A stretch of 61,353 bases of DNA, filler included, from Sphacelaria rigidula (GCA_964200075.2; 11 parts of 11 records of this genome joined end to end with filler, not necessarily neighbours in it), one strand, 5' to 3'; counted from the first letter of the whole stretch, positions 25,071 through 38,400 are shown. Program-made: numbers and translations. The notes: a model not told the origin generated them from the letters alone.

Positions 25071-26190
25071 AACAAGTGTACCGTTGATTTGTTGGAGATC
25101 TCTGGATCAACTCGACAGATTCAGACTTGCATCGAAATGTATCAAGAGGTTGTCCTGCGGGGCATAACGATGACCTGCGAGGCACAACTACATTATGTGG
25201 GGCAAAATCATGTCCCGCGGGGAGTATCTGTGCCCCGCGGGAGATTGACTTTAGGTACAATTCCAGTCATTATGGGTCAGAGTTGTCGACCCTGTTGAGA
25301 TATTCCGTCTACAAGCGTTGCGCAGACCACAGGATATAGGCGATGCATCAATGTCGGTGCGATGTACGAGGCATGGCTTCGGGGGCGAGCCCAGCCACAA
25401 CCCTCTCAGATGCATAAAGGTGTAAAGATCGCATGTGGAAGAAGGAAGTGAATTGATGCGCATGCCTACTGAACCGATCAACCGTGCAACACGTTGTACT
25501 GTCTTGCACCTGTTAAGAGCGGATCCTGGAAATGGGGTCCATCTCAAAATTGAGGTTCAAGTGGCATATCGTTTTGGCAGGGATGATGCGAAGCAGTTAC
25601 ACAGAACGGAACCACATTTCCCTCCAAAACTCTGCAGCAGTTGAGCAGTTGTGGCCAGGTGCTCTCAACGAATGCGGTGTACACGCGTGTCGATGACGAT
25701 ATCACCAGAGAGAGAAGCAACGACACAGAGAAAGCTTCTCGCCGGTATCTTTTGTGTGTCCTCGCTCGGCGATTACCAATCGCTCGAGAAACTGGCATCA
25801 TCGATGTTCCCAGCATGTACCCAATTTTCCATGTGGCAGAACATCGAGCTGCGGAGAGATTTCGTCTCTTCTTGCGTTTGGACCTCACCAAGGCGAAGAT
25901 CGGTTTCTCTCTGCCTCTCTTTTTGGACAGGACGCGCGCCTCTATGCGCTGAAAAGCATGTCGTTGAAAAGCAGGGCAATGTTCCCGTCACCGCTACTAC
26001 TGTTCTCTGTCACACACATGCCAGAAAGGGCGGTGCTGCGGCAATTGGAACATATTCAATTTGAACTTGGGGGGTATTATTCATCGTTGATAGTACCTGG
26101 CCTGTGACCATTTAGGCGCCCGACCACAAGAGCGTGCCACAGGCAAGTTGGGGTGTGCGTGTGTGAGAGATCAAACGCTTGTGGAGACCT

Positions 26191-27412
26191 TCTTGACATG
26201 CGGAGTGAAAAAAGATACCTATGTTGGTGACCTAACTGTTTGAGCGTGGTGCAGAGGGGTGCGCCAATGCTGCAATCTGGAGCTTTCGTTGCTCTACTCT
26301 GCTGACTGCCCTCTACACAGACATCGCCCACCGTAACAACACGAAAAAGAACTGAAAATCGGAACAGCTATGGAAGCAAAACAGTTCGGTTTTATAAACT
26401 ACGTCCACATGATTGAAATGACTCTTGTTACCTGAGGGAAAGTGGCCGCTTTGGGTCCGGTAAAACCTGCGAAGATACTGTCGAACAGCACTACCAAACT
26501 TTACTGGCAGTGGCATGTGCCAATCCATACAGAACCGGACAGAAATCTACCGTTTGACTTTCTTATTAGAAAGCAACGGGCATGAAACGATTTGCAGGTG
26601 GGAAAAGGGGGATTTTCATACAGGATGAACTCTCTGTTGCCCCATGAGTGTCGCATACACTCGCAAAAACTCTGTAAACACGTGATCTTATAAATTGGGG
26701 ATGGATCTTTTATTGGGGATGAGAAACCCGGAGATTTAAAATCTTTGCATCCACATCAACTTTTCGGAATATGGTTCCATTTCTCCACCTACTGATGGCT
26801 ATGACAACTGCCACACGCCATAGAAATTTGGACTTCGATCACAAACATTTTGGGGTCCTAGGTGAAAAACCTTTTTGGGGGGAATTTCGGAAGTCCGAAC
26901 GGACGCCAAAATGGTTCCGAAATTGGTTTTTCACCTGGGACCCCAACATTTCGGTGATCGAAACCCAAATTTCTATGGCGTGTAGCAGTTGTCAATAGCT
27001 ATCAGTAGGTGGAAATGGAACCATATTTCGAAGATTTGGTGTGGATACGAAGATTTTAAATCTCCGGGTTTCTCATCCCCAATAAATGATCCATCCCCAA
27101 TTTGTAAGATCTCGTGTTTGTAGTCGTTCTTTCATATCTAGCGGTGGGGCGGAAAGGCCACAGTTCTTCAGGTAACAAAAGTCATTTCAATCATGTGGAC
27201 GTCGTTTATAAAACCGAACTGTTTTGCTTCCATAGCTGTTCCGATTTTCAGTTCTTTTTCGTGTTGTTACGGTGGGCGACGTCTGTGTAGAGGGCAGTCA
27301 GCCGAGTAGAGCAACGAAAGCTCCAGATTGCAGCATTGACGCACCCCTCTGCATCACGCTCAAACAGTTAGGTCACCAACATAAGTATCTTTTTTCACTC
27401 CGCATGTCAAGA
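26191..27412. repeat. ~1.2-kb foldback (nested long inverted repeats)
   Basis: Outer arms 26191-26447 and 27156-27412; inner arms 26676-~26890 and ~26905-27119. Confidence 0.9.
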
Positions 27413-27835
27413 TGTGATGGTAAATGACTGAGGGCCTGAATTAAAACTAGTTTCCTTGTGGATATGCAGATGGTCCCCAGAAACGACCAGCGGGTATGGA
27501 ACGATTCTAGTCGAATGTGTGTTTGTATTGTTGCCGCAGCGAGTTGAAGGTCAAAGGATTGTACCCGATTAGCCGCGTGTACCTGCTGCTACTGCAGCTT
27601 TTGATTGGCTTGGAGTACAGTGCGCCACGCGGAGTGGTATTTATATGACAAGATTGTATGCGTAGCTAGGAGGTTTTGAGGGCAATCGTGTGCCGCATCG
27701 CCTACGCAGGCACTTGCGATACACCTGTCAGAGAAAGATCTACCGTAGACTAATCACAAAAAGGATCATCAGCTTTTCGTCTGTTCTGCGCGACGTCTCC
27801 CCTTCTGCCGGCGAGCTGTGACAAGCTATAACACG
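27413..27835 (+). mobile_element. LTR 5' part (truncated by scaffold end) inserted in the right arm of the foldback
   Basis: Starts TGTGATGGTAAATGAC; homologous to the minus strand from 46116. Confidence 0.75.
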
Positions 27836-27935
27836 NNNNNNNNNNNNNNNNNNNNNNNNNNNNNNNNNNNNNNNNNNNNTTAATTAATTAANNNNNNNNN
27901 NNNNNNNNNNNNNNNNNNNNNNNNNNNNNNNNNNN

Positions 27936-28528
27936 AGGAGCGCTTAGACGCAAAGTAGACGAGGAAGAGCACCTGGAGATAAACGGGTAGCTGAGAGAGG
28001 GGATAGGGATGAAAGCATATTTGCACGGCCCGATGGACGCTGCGAAAAATATGAAATTGCTATATCGGGTGGGGGACCTAGACCTGCCAGAAACAAGGAA
28101 GAGATATACCAGTCGTCGAAAGGAGGAGAAAGTAGATCGACAGAACTGTCTCTGTGGCGAAGGAGTAGAGGGCAGAAGTCATATAGTGGCAAAGTGTGAA
28201 CTATACACGGAGGAACGGGACGTGCTAGAGGGGGAAATGCGGGACGTGAACAAAGGTGTTATGAAATCGTTTGGTGCATTAGACAGTAGGGATAAAACGA
28301 TGGCTATACTAGGAGATAGATGGTGGCCGCAGACGGCGAAACAGGACGGAGATAAGATATGTAAAAGGCTTTTGTGTAGTGTATGGAAGAAACGTGATGA
28401 GTTACGGAAAGAACGTAATGATCGCCAGAATGTAGGAGGTGTCTCTGTTAGGAGTAGGAACGGTGTTCCGTCTCGAAAGGGATGCGTGGTCAGTTGTCAG
28501 ACGACTAAGGCAAGCAACAAATGAGTAC
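27936..28528 (+). mobile_element. 3' end of a LINE: ORF2 C-terminus with CCHC-like knuckle, then tail ending ATGAGTAC before a C10 run
   Basis: ORF 28009-28524 …CLCGEGVEGRSHIVAKC…ILGDRWWPQ…; the stop codon lies inside ATGAGTAC; no poly(A). Confidence 0.85.
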
Positions 28529-31500
28529 ATCCCCCCCCCCACCTGTTCTATCCAGAGCTCGGTTGGGCAATTTCGATTTTGGGTACTTTTTTGAGTTTTC
28601 TCGTCTGGTATCCGTTCTTGACGCTGAAACCTCCTGGCGTCGATATATCTTGGGTAGAGAAGCAGGTCGTGCTCAAAACACAATCCTCCATTGGTGTTCT
28701 GGGGGAGATATGGAATAAGTTTCTTGTTCATCAGGAAATGTTATCGACTGTTGCTGGTCCAAAAAATCGTTTTTCGGTTCTAGAACAATTATTGGGTAAA
28801 ACAATCCGAAGAAGCAATCATTATCACTTGTCTGTGGGACCGCTTGTAATTGGTTCAACCGAGCAAAAATGCTCCAGGGTCAGAACCTGGGGCTGGGTAA
28901 TTTCGGGACCCCTGAAAACCGGTCAGCTCGTGAGGCGTTCAATTCTAAGCGCAAATGTGATCTTTTTATGGAATATGGAGGAATACTTGGTATCCCCTGA
29001 TCCCCAAACTTTGGCATCCAACGTACATTGGGATGAGCGGTGGTACGCCAAAATACTTTCCAATATCTTCGACCACGAAAAATCTACGAAAATATTCTAT
29101 CGAAGATGATAACTACAGTACCGTAACCATGTAGGCTTGGAAAGAAGGTTAGTGAATCGCGACCCCGACAGCCGTCACGTGTGCGGATTCCCAAGTGCAG
29201 CACTGAAGGCAGAAATCAGATATTTGAAACGATACGTTTACCGTAGCATCAATTTACCGAGGAAGGAATGCACACAACACCAACCAAAACAAAAAATGGC
29301 GAAAATCATTTGCATAATATCGACTTTGCCCAGCTCACCGCACCACGCCGATCACGACAACATAGCCTCGTTCCACCACCAAATATGATCACTTCCTGCA
29401 GCATTGTACGGTCACTGCCCTGAGCCGAAATTCGTATAAACAGGAACAAGTTACTTTCCTCAAAAGCGGGCAAAGCTATATGTTCTTAACCAGGTGCTCC
29501 ACCACGTCACCAGCCACTTCCCCTTGCATGTCAACGGTTTTCTTCGCGCATTTGGTGTCATTTTCACTCGATACTTGAATCTTCTTCGGTGAGACCCGTG
29601 GTCGGATGCAAGGTCATATGACGCGCACGCACCGTTTTTGACCAGCCACTTCCGAACCCGCTCCTTCTGATCCAAAAACAATGATCTGAAAAACGTGCTT
29701 CTGGTGATGATGCATCCAGATTTTACTCGAACCTTCCTATGGTACCTTCCCGAATAAGAGAGAACCTCTCCGCACGGGGATTGCCCCTGGACGACGTTTT
29801 TCGCCTCCATCTTGTTGAGACAAACGACCTGTTATCGGAGAAATGAAGGCTTGTCCACACAAGGGATCACCAAAACGCCTCCGTCAAGAATGGTGCGGTC
29901 AGCTGTGCAGACGGAGGACATACATGAGGATACTGCTACACACATAGCTGTGCATAACTGTACATCCAGTACCCACAGGTGTAGCACATAGGTTTTCAGT
30001 ACCTGTATGCAGCACAACGGCAGCAGCATACTGCAAGGTACGTGCAGTGCAACAGTGCATATGGGGCAGTATAGTACATGAGTACGGACAACGGAGAGTA
30101 CAGCGGCCGCTGTTTCGCACAACAAGTAAACCATTTCAAGTATCATGGCTGGCGGACGTACGGGCCATTTGTTTCTGGCGTTGTACGAAACAGTTCCAAA
30201 AACTGTTGTTCCTGGAAGACCGTCACTGGCCGATCTTTTGCTTCGTCATTGTATCATAGGAAACGACCTTGACAACAAGGGCTTTGAAAAAAACATGTAC
30301 AACTGTTCCGATAAATCGAAGCACAGTTTGAGGTGTCATTGCACTGTGGGCCCCACATGGTACAATCGCCGCGGGTTTTCTATGGCGAGTTCATTGTGGG
30401 GCACAGGTGTTTTCGCGGTATCTGCACTGTATGTTTTGTATTATCCACGGCCCGGCATTACGTGGTACACATAATCTGTTTTACGATACGGCACGACACG
30501 ATGACAGAGATTCGCGATACGGTTTCACTGTGAACGGGGCGTGCAAATTTTTGTTTCCGTAGTATGATAGATTCGCATATGTGTGCGTAATCCAGGAAAA
30601 CGTTCATTATACTGCGGAACACATTGGGGCAAACAAAACTTCTCTTGGTTCGTAATATCTTAATGAAACTTCCACAACAAGACTCACTTCAGCTGGCGAC
30701 CAAACACGTGTAGCACATCTGTTTATAAGTAATGAAATATGCCGTTTTGTGCCGTTTGTGTCATTTAGTTCGTGTTTGCATGGTTCAACAGCCGTTTCTG
30801 GAGGTCCGCCTTCACGCGTGAGTTTGTCTCCCACCTGTTGTTGACGTCTGTCCCCCCTTTTTCAAGATAGCAGCTTTCGTGTGCGTGTCCCCAAAAATAG
30901 CTCAATCATGATGTTCTCATGTCGATTCCTGCTCGTAAATTGATTCGATGATCGCTTTGTTCTCGATTTCTGACAACACGCCTCCTTCTTCAACACGCCA
31001 TTCCGTTTTACTCTAGAGGAGTCCCGAGCAGAAATACTGTTGAATTCTTCACTTTATTGTAACGGATACCATCCACCACGCCGTGTTGCTGCCCTGACAA
31101 CTCCGTGTACTCATCTTGGAAACACGTTTCATTGCCCTCAGCGTCTTCCTGCTGTACCCCAAATCTGGGGGGCACCAATTGCTTTCATTTCCAGCATGTG
31201 TGTTACATGCGAAACTCCGCCTCTGAGTAATTATGGCACGCTATGGTGTTGTCATCCGATACGGCGAAGAAACGAGCATGTCGTTCGTGCCTTACGTATC
31301 CACACAAGAAGACTGTTCGCCCAGAGCAGAGTGAGTGCCAATTACTCCAAGCCCTGTGCTCCTATGCTGCATCAGGTGGGAACTGGACGCACGGGCCACA
31401 GCTGTTCGAGCCCTTGGGGCTCAAGACCTCCGCTCGTTCACTGCATGGCCCGTCGATAACCCCAGTCTTGTGTCATGCAAATAGCTTGTGCCGCAGGGTG

Positions 31501-32532
31501 CCGGTTGGAGAGAGTATGCAAAAGTTGTCGTTGCTGGATCGAGGCGACAGATTAGAGTATTTCCGAGCCCAACACTCGGCGAGCTTCTCTGAATTCATCC
31601 TGTCCAGTAAATGCGTGTCAGGTATCAGTTTTTACACTCTTCAGGCAAGGAGGACATCAATGGAGTAATATCATTTTTCGAGAGGGGTACACTTCCACAG
31701 CCTTCCCTACTTCAAAGGTCTGTCTTATTTCAGCAGGTGATGACAGGGGCGACTGATGTAGGCACAGCTGGCTATCATCAGGCCCCCTGGCTAGTGCCGT
31801 ACGGTTGTTGCCCATGTACGCGCAAGCATCCTGCCAGTGGCCACCGTGACTACATCTAGTGTAGAGCATCCTTTGCGCACCCACACAAATTCAGGTGATA
31901 TATCCCAACAGCGCATGGCAGTACGCTGAAACCGTGATGGATTGGCGTGTACTGCCCACCTCCACATCACCATCTGCCTGGTGATCGTTTATATGCTGAG
32001 GAGTATCACTCACATAAACTGATGGTTCATCCAGCCTGTGACCCCGATGCGAGGTGCACAGAATAAAATGATCGCATGCGCGTCGTGTGTCACGTGAATG
32101 GGATGGGTGAACAAACCATACTAGCGTCCTAGATCCTGTATACTTCTGTGCATCTTCAGTTTTCCGCACTCCTTCCTTTGCTTTAGCCGTGGCCCCCGCG
32201 CTGCAAAAAAACGTGTCGAAACTACGCTTCTCATTGAAAGGGCCGCACCTCCACCCCCCACCCTCCTTCCCGTGTAACGATCGTGCCGCAGTAGTTACCT
32301 CTGTCGCCTGCCAACTCAATGTGTCGGTTTACTCTAGCGTACGTGCCCATATGCGACCGAGATACTATGATAACAGATCACTTATCTTTCACATAGGCAC
32401 GACCTAAGGTTATCTTTGCTGCTTGATTGGTGCAGGGTGCTCCTGAACTGATCAGCGGGTCTCGTGAACGAGTCAGTGGCAGTGCGGGGACTACCGCAGC
32501 CTTGTCCCTTCTCTGGTGCGGTTGTGAAGGGG

Positions 32533-33422
32533 ATGCCTAACATGTGCATTCACACGAGTTGCACCACGAGAGCAACATTGGGGATAGCGGGTAGCGAGAT
32601 AGCGGAGTTCTGCGCCGCACATGCCCGAGCGGGCATGGTCGATGTGGTCAGCAGGCGGTGCGGCGAGAAGGGCTGCTCCACAATACCGTCGTTCGGCGCA
32701 GCCGGCAGCAGGAAGGCGGAGTTCTGCGCCGCACACGCCCGAGCGGGCATGGTCGATGTGGTCAGCAGGCGGTGCGGCAAGAAGGGCTGCTCCACTCAAC
32801 CGTCGTTCGGTGCAGCCGGCAGCAGGAAGGCGGAGTTCTGCGCGACACACGCCCGAGCGGGCATGGTCGATGTGGTCAACAGGCGGTGCGGCAAGAAGGG
32901 CTGCTCCACAATACCGTCGTTCGGTGCAGCCGGCAGCAGGAAGACGGAGTTCTGCGCCGCACACGCCCGAGCGGGCATGGTCGATGTGAACAAAAGACGG
33001 TGCGGCAAGAAGGGCTGCTCCACAATACCATCGTTCGGTGCAGCCGGCAGCAGGAAGACGGAGTTCTGCGCCGCACACGCCCGAGCGGGCATGGTCGATG
33101 TGGTCAGCAAGCGGTGCGGCAAGAAGGGCTGCTCCACAACACCGTCGTTCGGTGCAGCCGGCAGCAGGAAGGCGGAATTCTGCGCCGCACACGCCCGAGT
33201 GGGCATGGTCGATGTGGTCAACAGGCGGTGCGGCGAGAAGGGCTGCTCCACTCAACCGTCGTTCGGTGCAGCCGGCAGCAGAATGGCGGAGTTCTGCGCG
33301 ACACACGCCCGAGCGGGTATGGCCAATGTGGTCAGCAAGCGGTGCGGCAAGAAGGGCTGCTCCACAAGACCGTCGTTCGGTGCAGCCGGCAGCAAGAAGG
33401 CGGAGTTCTGCGCGACACACGC
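32533..33422 (+). CDS. EsV-1-7 cysteine-rich repeat protein with at least 8 tandem 38-aa C-x4-C-x16-C-x2-H units; 3' truncated by scaffold end
   Basis: Open frame from ATG 32533 (MPNMC…). 114-bp units start at 32545, 32659, 32773, 32887, 33001, 33115, 33229 and 33343. Consensus CGKKGCSTxPSFGAAGSRKAEFCAAHARAGMVDVVSRR matches the EsV-1-7 motif. Confidence 0.9.
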
Positions 33423-33522
33423 NNNNNNNNNNNNNNNNNNNNNNNNNNNNNNNNNNNNNNNNNNNNTTAATTAATTAANNNNNNNNNNNNNNNNNNNNNN
33501 NNNNNNNNNNNNNNNNNNNNNN

Positions 33523-33983
33523 CGGCTTTGTAGGGATGCGAGGTCAATGGTCTGATGACTATGGCATGCATGATCATGAGTACACCCCCACCTACCCCCC
33601 CTCCCATTGCTCCGTCTTGACAAGGATGCGTGGTCAATGGTCAAACGACCAAGGCAAGCAACAAATGAGTACGCCCCCTCCCCCTACCATTCGCGAGGCA
33701 GTGTGTAAGCCGTGGTTGTCTCTGGAAGTGGCGATATATCAGAAAATGAAGCAACTCATTGGAGGCTTGTCATCCAAATGCAAGATAATCAGTTGGCCTC
33801 GGGCCGAACAATCTCAGCAGGACGCAGCTCACCCTTGATGCGACTTGCCAAAAACATCGCGGCCCTCAGCGTTTGGTAATGATTGCAAGCCTGGTCTGAC
33901 AAAAATCCGGCGTGCTCCCTCCCGGCTTTGTAGGGATGCGAGGTCAATGGTCTAATGACTATGGCATGCAAGGTCATGAGTAT
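33523..33983 (+). mobile_element. Head-to-tail stack of three truncated GAGTAC-tail retroposon copies separated by C-tracts
   Basis: 3' ends ATGAGTAC/T at 33576-33583, 33665-33672 and 33976-33983. Confidence 0.85.
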
Positions 33984-35999
33984 CTTTTCCTGACCACCAC
34001 ACGTCCTCGGCAAACCCCATCCCCGCTCCCACGGGCNNNNNNNNNNCCCGCCCCGCTTTGGGGGGGGAGGAGGGCAAGGTTATAATTACTAAGACAAAAG
34101 AGGGGCAGCATCCCCCCCCCCCCCCCCCCCCCGCCCCCGTCTATCGTAGGATGACTCTGCACGTTGCTAGGCCTGCGATAGGGGCCGAGCACTCGACTTA
34201 AGTATTAAACGGGGCCAATGGGCGGTCGAAGAGTGTGCCCGCTTGTTTTCCCTACTCCCCGCGTTACAGAAGGGCGTAGTTGCGCGTGCGAAGTGGCTGT
34301 TGAGGCATCGGTGAAGTTTCCCCTGGGTGGAAACATGCGAGCTGGGATTCCGTTCGGTGGATCATTGTTGATCGCTCCTTGATTCCTGCCCCCGGACCAC
34401 GAGAACATTATTGCGTGTAACGTTGCCTACATGCCCTCGACTGCAGCCTGCTGTAACAATGAAGATACGTTAGAGTACTGTAGACAGCGAAGCACCGTTG
34501 CTACTGTTACACCGCTCTACGAGCTTGGCCAGCCAAGGGTTCCTATTGACGGTTGGATAGTCACGCGCTGGTATTTCGACACGAGATTTATATCATCAAT
34601 ACGCGGAACAGATCCGGAGCAACAAAAGTAAAAGAAAAAATAACTCGAGAGAAAGTTGGGGCGATTTGAGATTGGAGCAAAAGACAAGTAATACTATAAC
34701 TCCGCTCACAGCAAAATAAACGGGGATTGCTTCTGTCACGATTTATCTACTTGCGTGCAGAAGATCCTTGTGTTTCGGGATATGCACGTTTTACGGCTGG
34801 CCCAGCTCGTGGCAGCAACTGTCGGGAGCACTCCCTGAGTCAAAGCAAGCCAGCAGCTTGCAGTGCTGAATACGGAATAGCCAGCACGCCGTACTTCGTA
34901 ACTGCGCACCCCGCGCTGCCGCGCACCGTGTAGGTAGTGCTTGCCGTTGCATCGTCGCCAACAAATCAAATCAAACCTAAGGGCCACTCAATCTTTACAC
35001 CTCGGAGCTTCGGCAGACACGCCTCGGAGTTGCTGTACAGCTCGAGTCATGCTCTGGTGCCCATTTTTTCCTCGGGCAAAACCTCAGTATAGCTGCGACA
35101 TGATTGATTATAGCAGGGTGCCTTGCGTAGCCCCTCCCGAGCCTTCTTCGAGCCGAACGTTTTTTTTTTCGCCCACGCTCCTGAGGATTGTAGACAAGTT
35201 CCCGCTTGCAGCGAGGTCATTCTAGCAACCATCGAACGTTTCCCCGTGGCGTAACGGTTTTCATCCACCGCTGATGTGTATGACACGGCCGACAATTTCA
35301 TCACACCACTAAAATTCCATAAGCTTGGTCCAGGTGATTCGGGAAATTCCAATTTATCCGAATCACCTGAGTGGTGGACATTTAACTTTTTCAGATCCAG
35401 ATCGCCTACCGCACGAGGCGACCTGCCAAGACGTCCTTACTCTCACATAAGCAAACGTTGCGCACCTAAACTACAGCAATGCAATGCAGCACAGAGTACA
35501 TGTACGCTGAACTGCGCTATCAGTCCCCAACTTCAATAAAAACGTCCTTCTGTCGAAGCTCCAGTGTATACAGTGATACTGTATATATATATATATATAT
35601 ACCTCCCTTGTCACATGAGTGAAGTCGGTTATGTTCGCATGGACTCTTTAACGTGTCCGATGCGTTGAGCGATGATGTGTAAAAAGTACTATTTTTTGTC
35701 GTTGTTCGCGCACTACTCTACGTGGACAAACGGCCGAAGAAAATACCAGGCCCGGAAATGGCCACTCCTGGTCTCTGTGACACGAGGAGAAGAAGTTGCA
35801 AAACACTTGTCTGAGAAACACATCACCCTCCTAGTCGGGAGTAACTCACTCCGGAGGCGACCGACAGGCGGTACTTTTCTCCCGCTCAAAAGGAAAGCGC
35901 TGACACCAAAGACTCGAATGAGAAACCTCCCCGAGCAATGCCAGACCAGTTAAGCAACCATACAGTCACTAGGGGGAAGTGGCGATTTACATTTTTACA

Positions 36000-36260
36000 A
36001 ATACATGATCGATAGACACATCGGTAATCGAAGAGATAAAGGGAAAGGAGAGGGGGGCGGGGGGGAGGGGGAGAATAAGAAAAGAGGAGAAGAAACAACC
36101 ATGTCACAAAAAAAAACGGAGCCAAACAAGGCAAAGCAAAGTAGCAAACAGAAACAAACACGAGCGGAACGAACACACCAAACAGCACCAAAGCGTGCGG
36201 TACGGCGCACTGGGTGGCGGGTGGGGTATGTCCATTCAATCGGGTGGTCTGGGCTCGGTC

Positions 36261-36300
<40 letters not shown>

Positions 36301-38400
36301 GCGATCGTTCACTAGCGGCTTTTTCCCCGGCCGCCCGTGCCGCCATGGATTTCGCTGCTCGGTCGTCCACCTGGTCGTGTCACCGGATGCTGTTTACGGC
36401 TTGTGTCATCTTTGATGACGAATTCCTCAGGCCGTCGGGTAGGCATGCCTGCAAGCTTTTTTCCGTACCCCCCTTTGTGAACCTACCCTTCGCACCCAAG
36501 ACTCCCCCGACAATCCTCGTGGGACACCGTTTGCTGTCCAGGAGTACCAGTCGTCTAGCGAACAAGACTCTCCGTCTCCGGATGGTTGGTTCGATGCGCT
36601 AGCATCCCTCCCTCTCCTCTCGAGGGCTTTCACGAAGAAGACAATGTGGTTCGGGGGTTTGCGGAGTTGTCGGATGCACCGCAGTAGGCGTTGATATTGG
36701 GTAGTGCGCGGTCACTCCCAACCGGTCTTGCCCAGTGTCACGTTGAGGGACCGGAGAGGATTTCGAGCGCTTCGGCTTTCAACATCCGGACCTTGAGATC
36801 CAGTGGCGCGGCCGACGCTCCTCTCTTGTCTCTTGTACACCGCTCGGCCGAACACCCTGTACTTCCGCCACGCTAGTCGGGCCCGGCGTTTGAGCTCGGG
36901 GTTCATGTCGGCCTCTCTGTTGATGTATGTCCCTGGGTACACGAAGTTCTTTATCTGTCTGAGCATACCGTTGCCCCGCTGCTCTAGTTCATCGTGTACG
37001 GATGTTGGTGAGGTGCAGGCAGACATGTACGGAGACAGTTATGTGCACCTGGATGTACCCTCGAATTTCATGTACACCCTGGGATAATGGCAAAAACAAG
37101 TGCGGCTGGTCATTCCGCATGACCACAACTTGTACAACAGCGAGACTATATTTGTGCAAGGCAATAACTCTAGTTAGTCCCAACCCTAACGCGCAGCAGA
37201 AGCTCGCGAGAAGTCGGGGATGAAAAAGACCGAGAAGATAGCCTAAAGCGGAGGTGGTGGAAGCTCTGTGGTACGGATGTGGCACATGAACGTTACGTTC
37301 CGAGGACTTCGACAGTCTGCGCACTGTCTATCACAAGCTTTTGATACGGGTGGTTGGATCCCGGTTGATGATATTGCGAACGAGCCTGCGATGATCTTGC
37401 CGTGTGAGGATGTAGTCAATGCGTTTTCTGTCCGCGAGATTATTCGCAATATCGTTGACCGTACGCAATGCGTCTCCCTTGGGGGTAGAAGAAAACGTGT
37501 TGGTCAGGGCAAGCCTGTCGTCGCCTGCAAGTATTAGCAAAGGTGCCGTTGCTGTCGGTCGGTTCGGGAATTCCGGCCGTATGCCCCCCCACTAGTTCAC
37601 AGTCCTCCTCGCCTGTTCGTACCCGAATCCAGTACCAGCGTTCATGAAAATCAACCGGTGGTGTTTGTTGGGGACTCGGTTCACAATGCTGTCCAACTCA
37701 GTTCAGAACATATCTCTCGTGTTGACTTCGATGTTTCTAGCGGGGCGTAGGCAACCACAAACGTGGCAGCATTTGATTTGCCTGCGAGTTTGAGAGTCAT
37801 GGACACGAAGCGTTCGCCGATGAGTGCCAGAGTCCACGTCGCCTTGCTGATGATCGACTCCTTGACCGCCAACCCAACCCCATGTTGTCTCGCCCTTTCT
37901 TAGCCCCCCTTCCGCGCCGCAGTAGAAGACACGGTATGCCACGGCAACGAACTTGTTTCGGCCCGGTTTCCCTGTCTCCTGCAGTCCAATCGCGTCACAT
38001 CCCGCCGCCTGACATTTTGCAGGACCGACTCAGCATGTACACCCCCGTTGTTTCCCGTGAGGGACTCTGTACGGACGTTGTACGTTGTCAATTTCAGTTC
38101 CCCTACACGTGACCTAGCTCTGGCCTTATCTCATTTACACTTTCCCCCGCCTATTCTCCCGTCCTTTTGGGTTTGTTTCTCCCTTCTGTCTTGACGTGCG
38201 AGTTTTCGTTTCCGTTTACCGAAGAAAAGCACATGATGCGTACTTGAAAGTAGATCGTGAGCATTGATGTACACGAAAGCTGTGATAGCTGACGTCGATG
38301 CCGAGAGACGTTGGAATGATCTCACAGGAGTCACCCTCACGGCTCACGGCGTCGAGATTCGTCATCACCAGCGACCATCGTATGGCCCTTCCAAAAATTG
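36000..38400 (-). mobile_element. Degenerate RTE-like LINE (endonuclease and C-terminus; RT core not seen)
   Basis: TTYNVRT, VKESII, FVVAYAP and RIDYILTRQDHRRLVRN (37330-38090); FVYPGTYINREADMNPELKRRARLAW (~36870-36950); RCPTRIVGG (~36510). Confidence 0.8.
36264..36297 (+). repeat. (TC)n microsatellite
   Basis: About 17 units. Confidence 0.95.

Noticed and set aside
22560..26100. Possible transposase remnants in scaffold 5
   Set aside because: Part is a dispersed repeat (match at 11175-11270), but no catalytic motif could be read in any frame.
31380..31850. Ulp1-like protease motifs (GHW…, SCG) on the minus strand
   Set aside because: The motifs are in different frames, far apart and separated by stops; likely chance.
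32491..33470. Long antisense and alternative-frame ORFs over the EsV-1-7 array
   Set aside because: Shadow ORFs of a GC-rich 114-bp tandem repeat.
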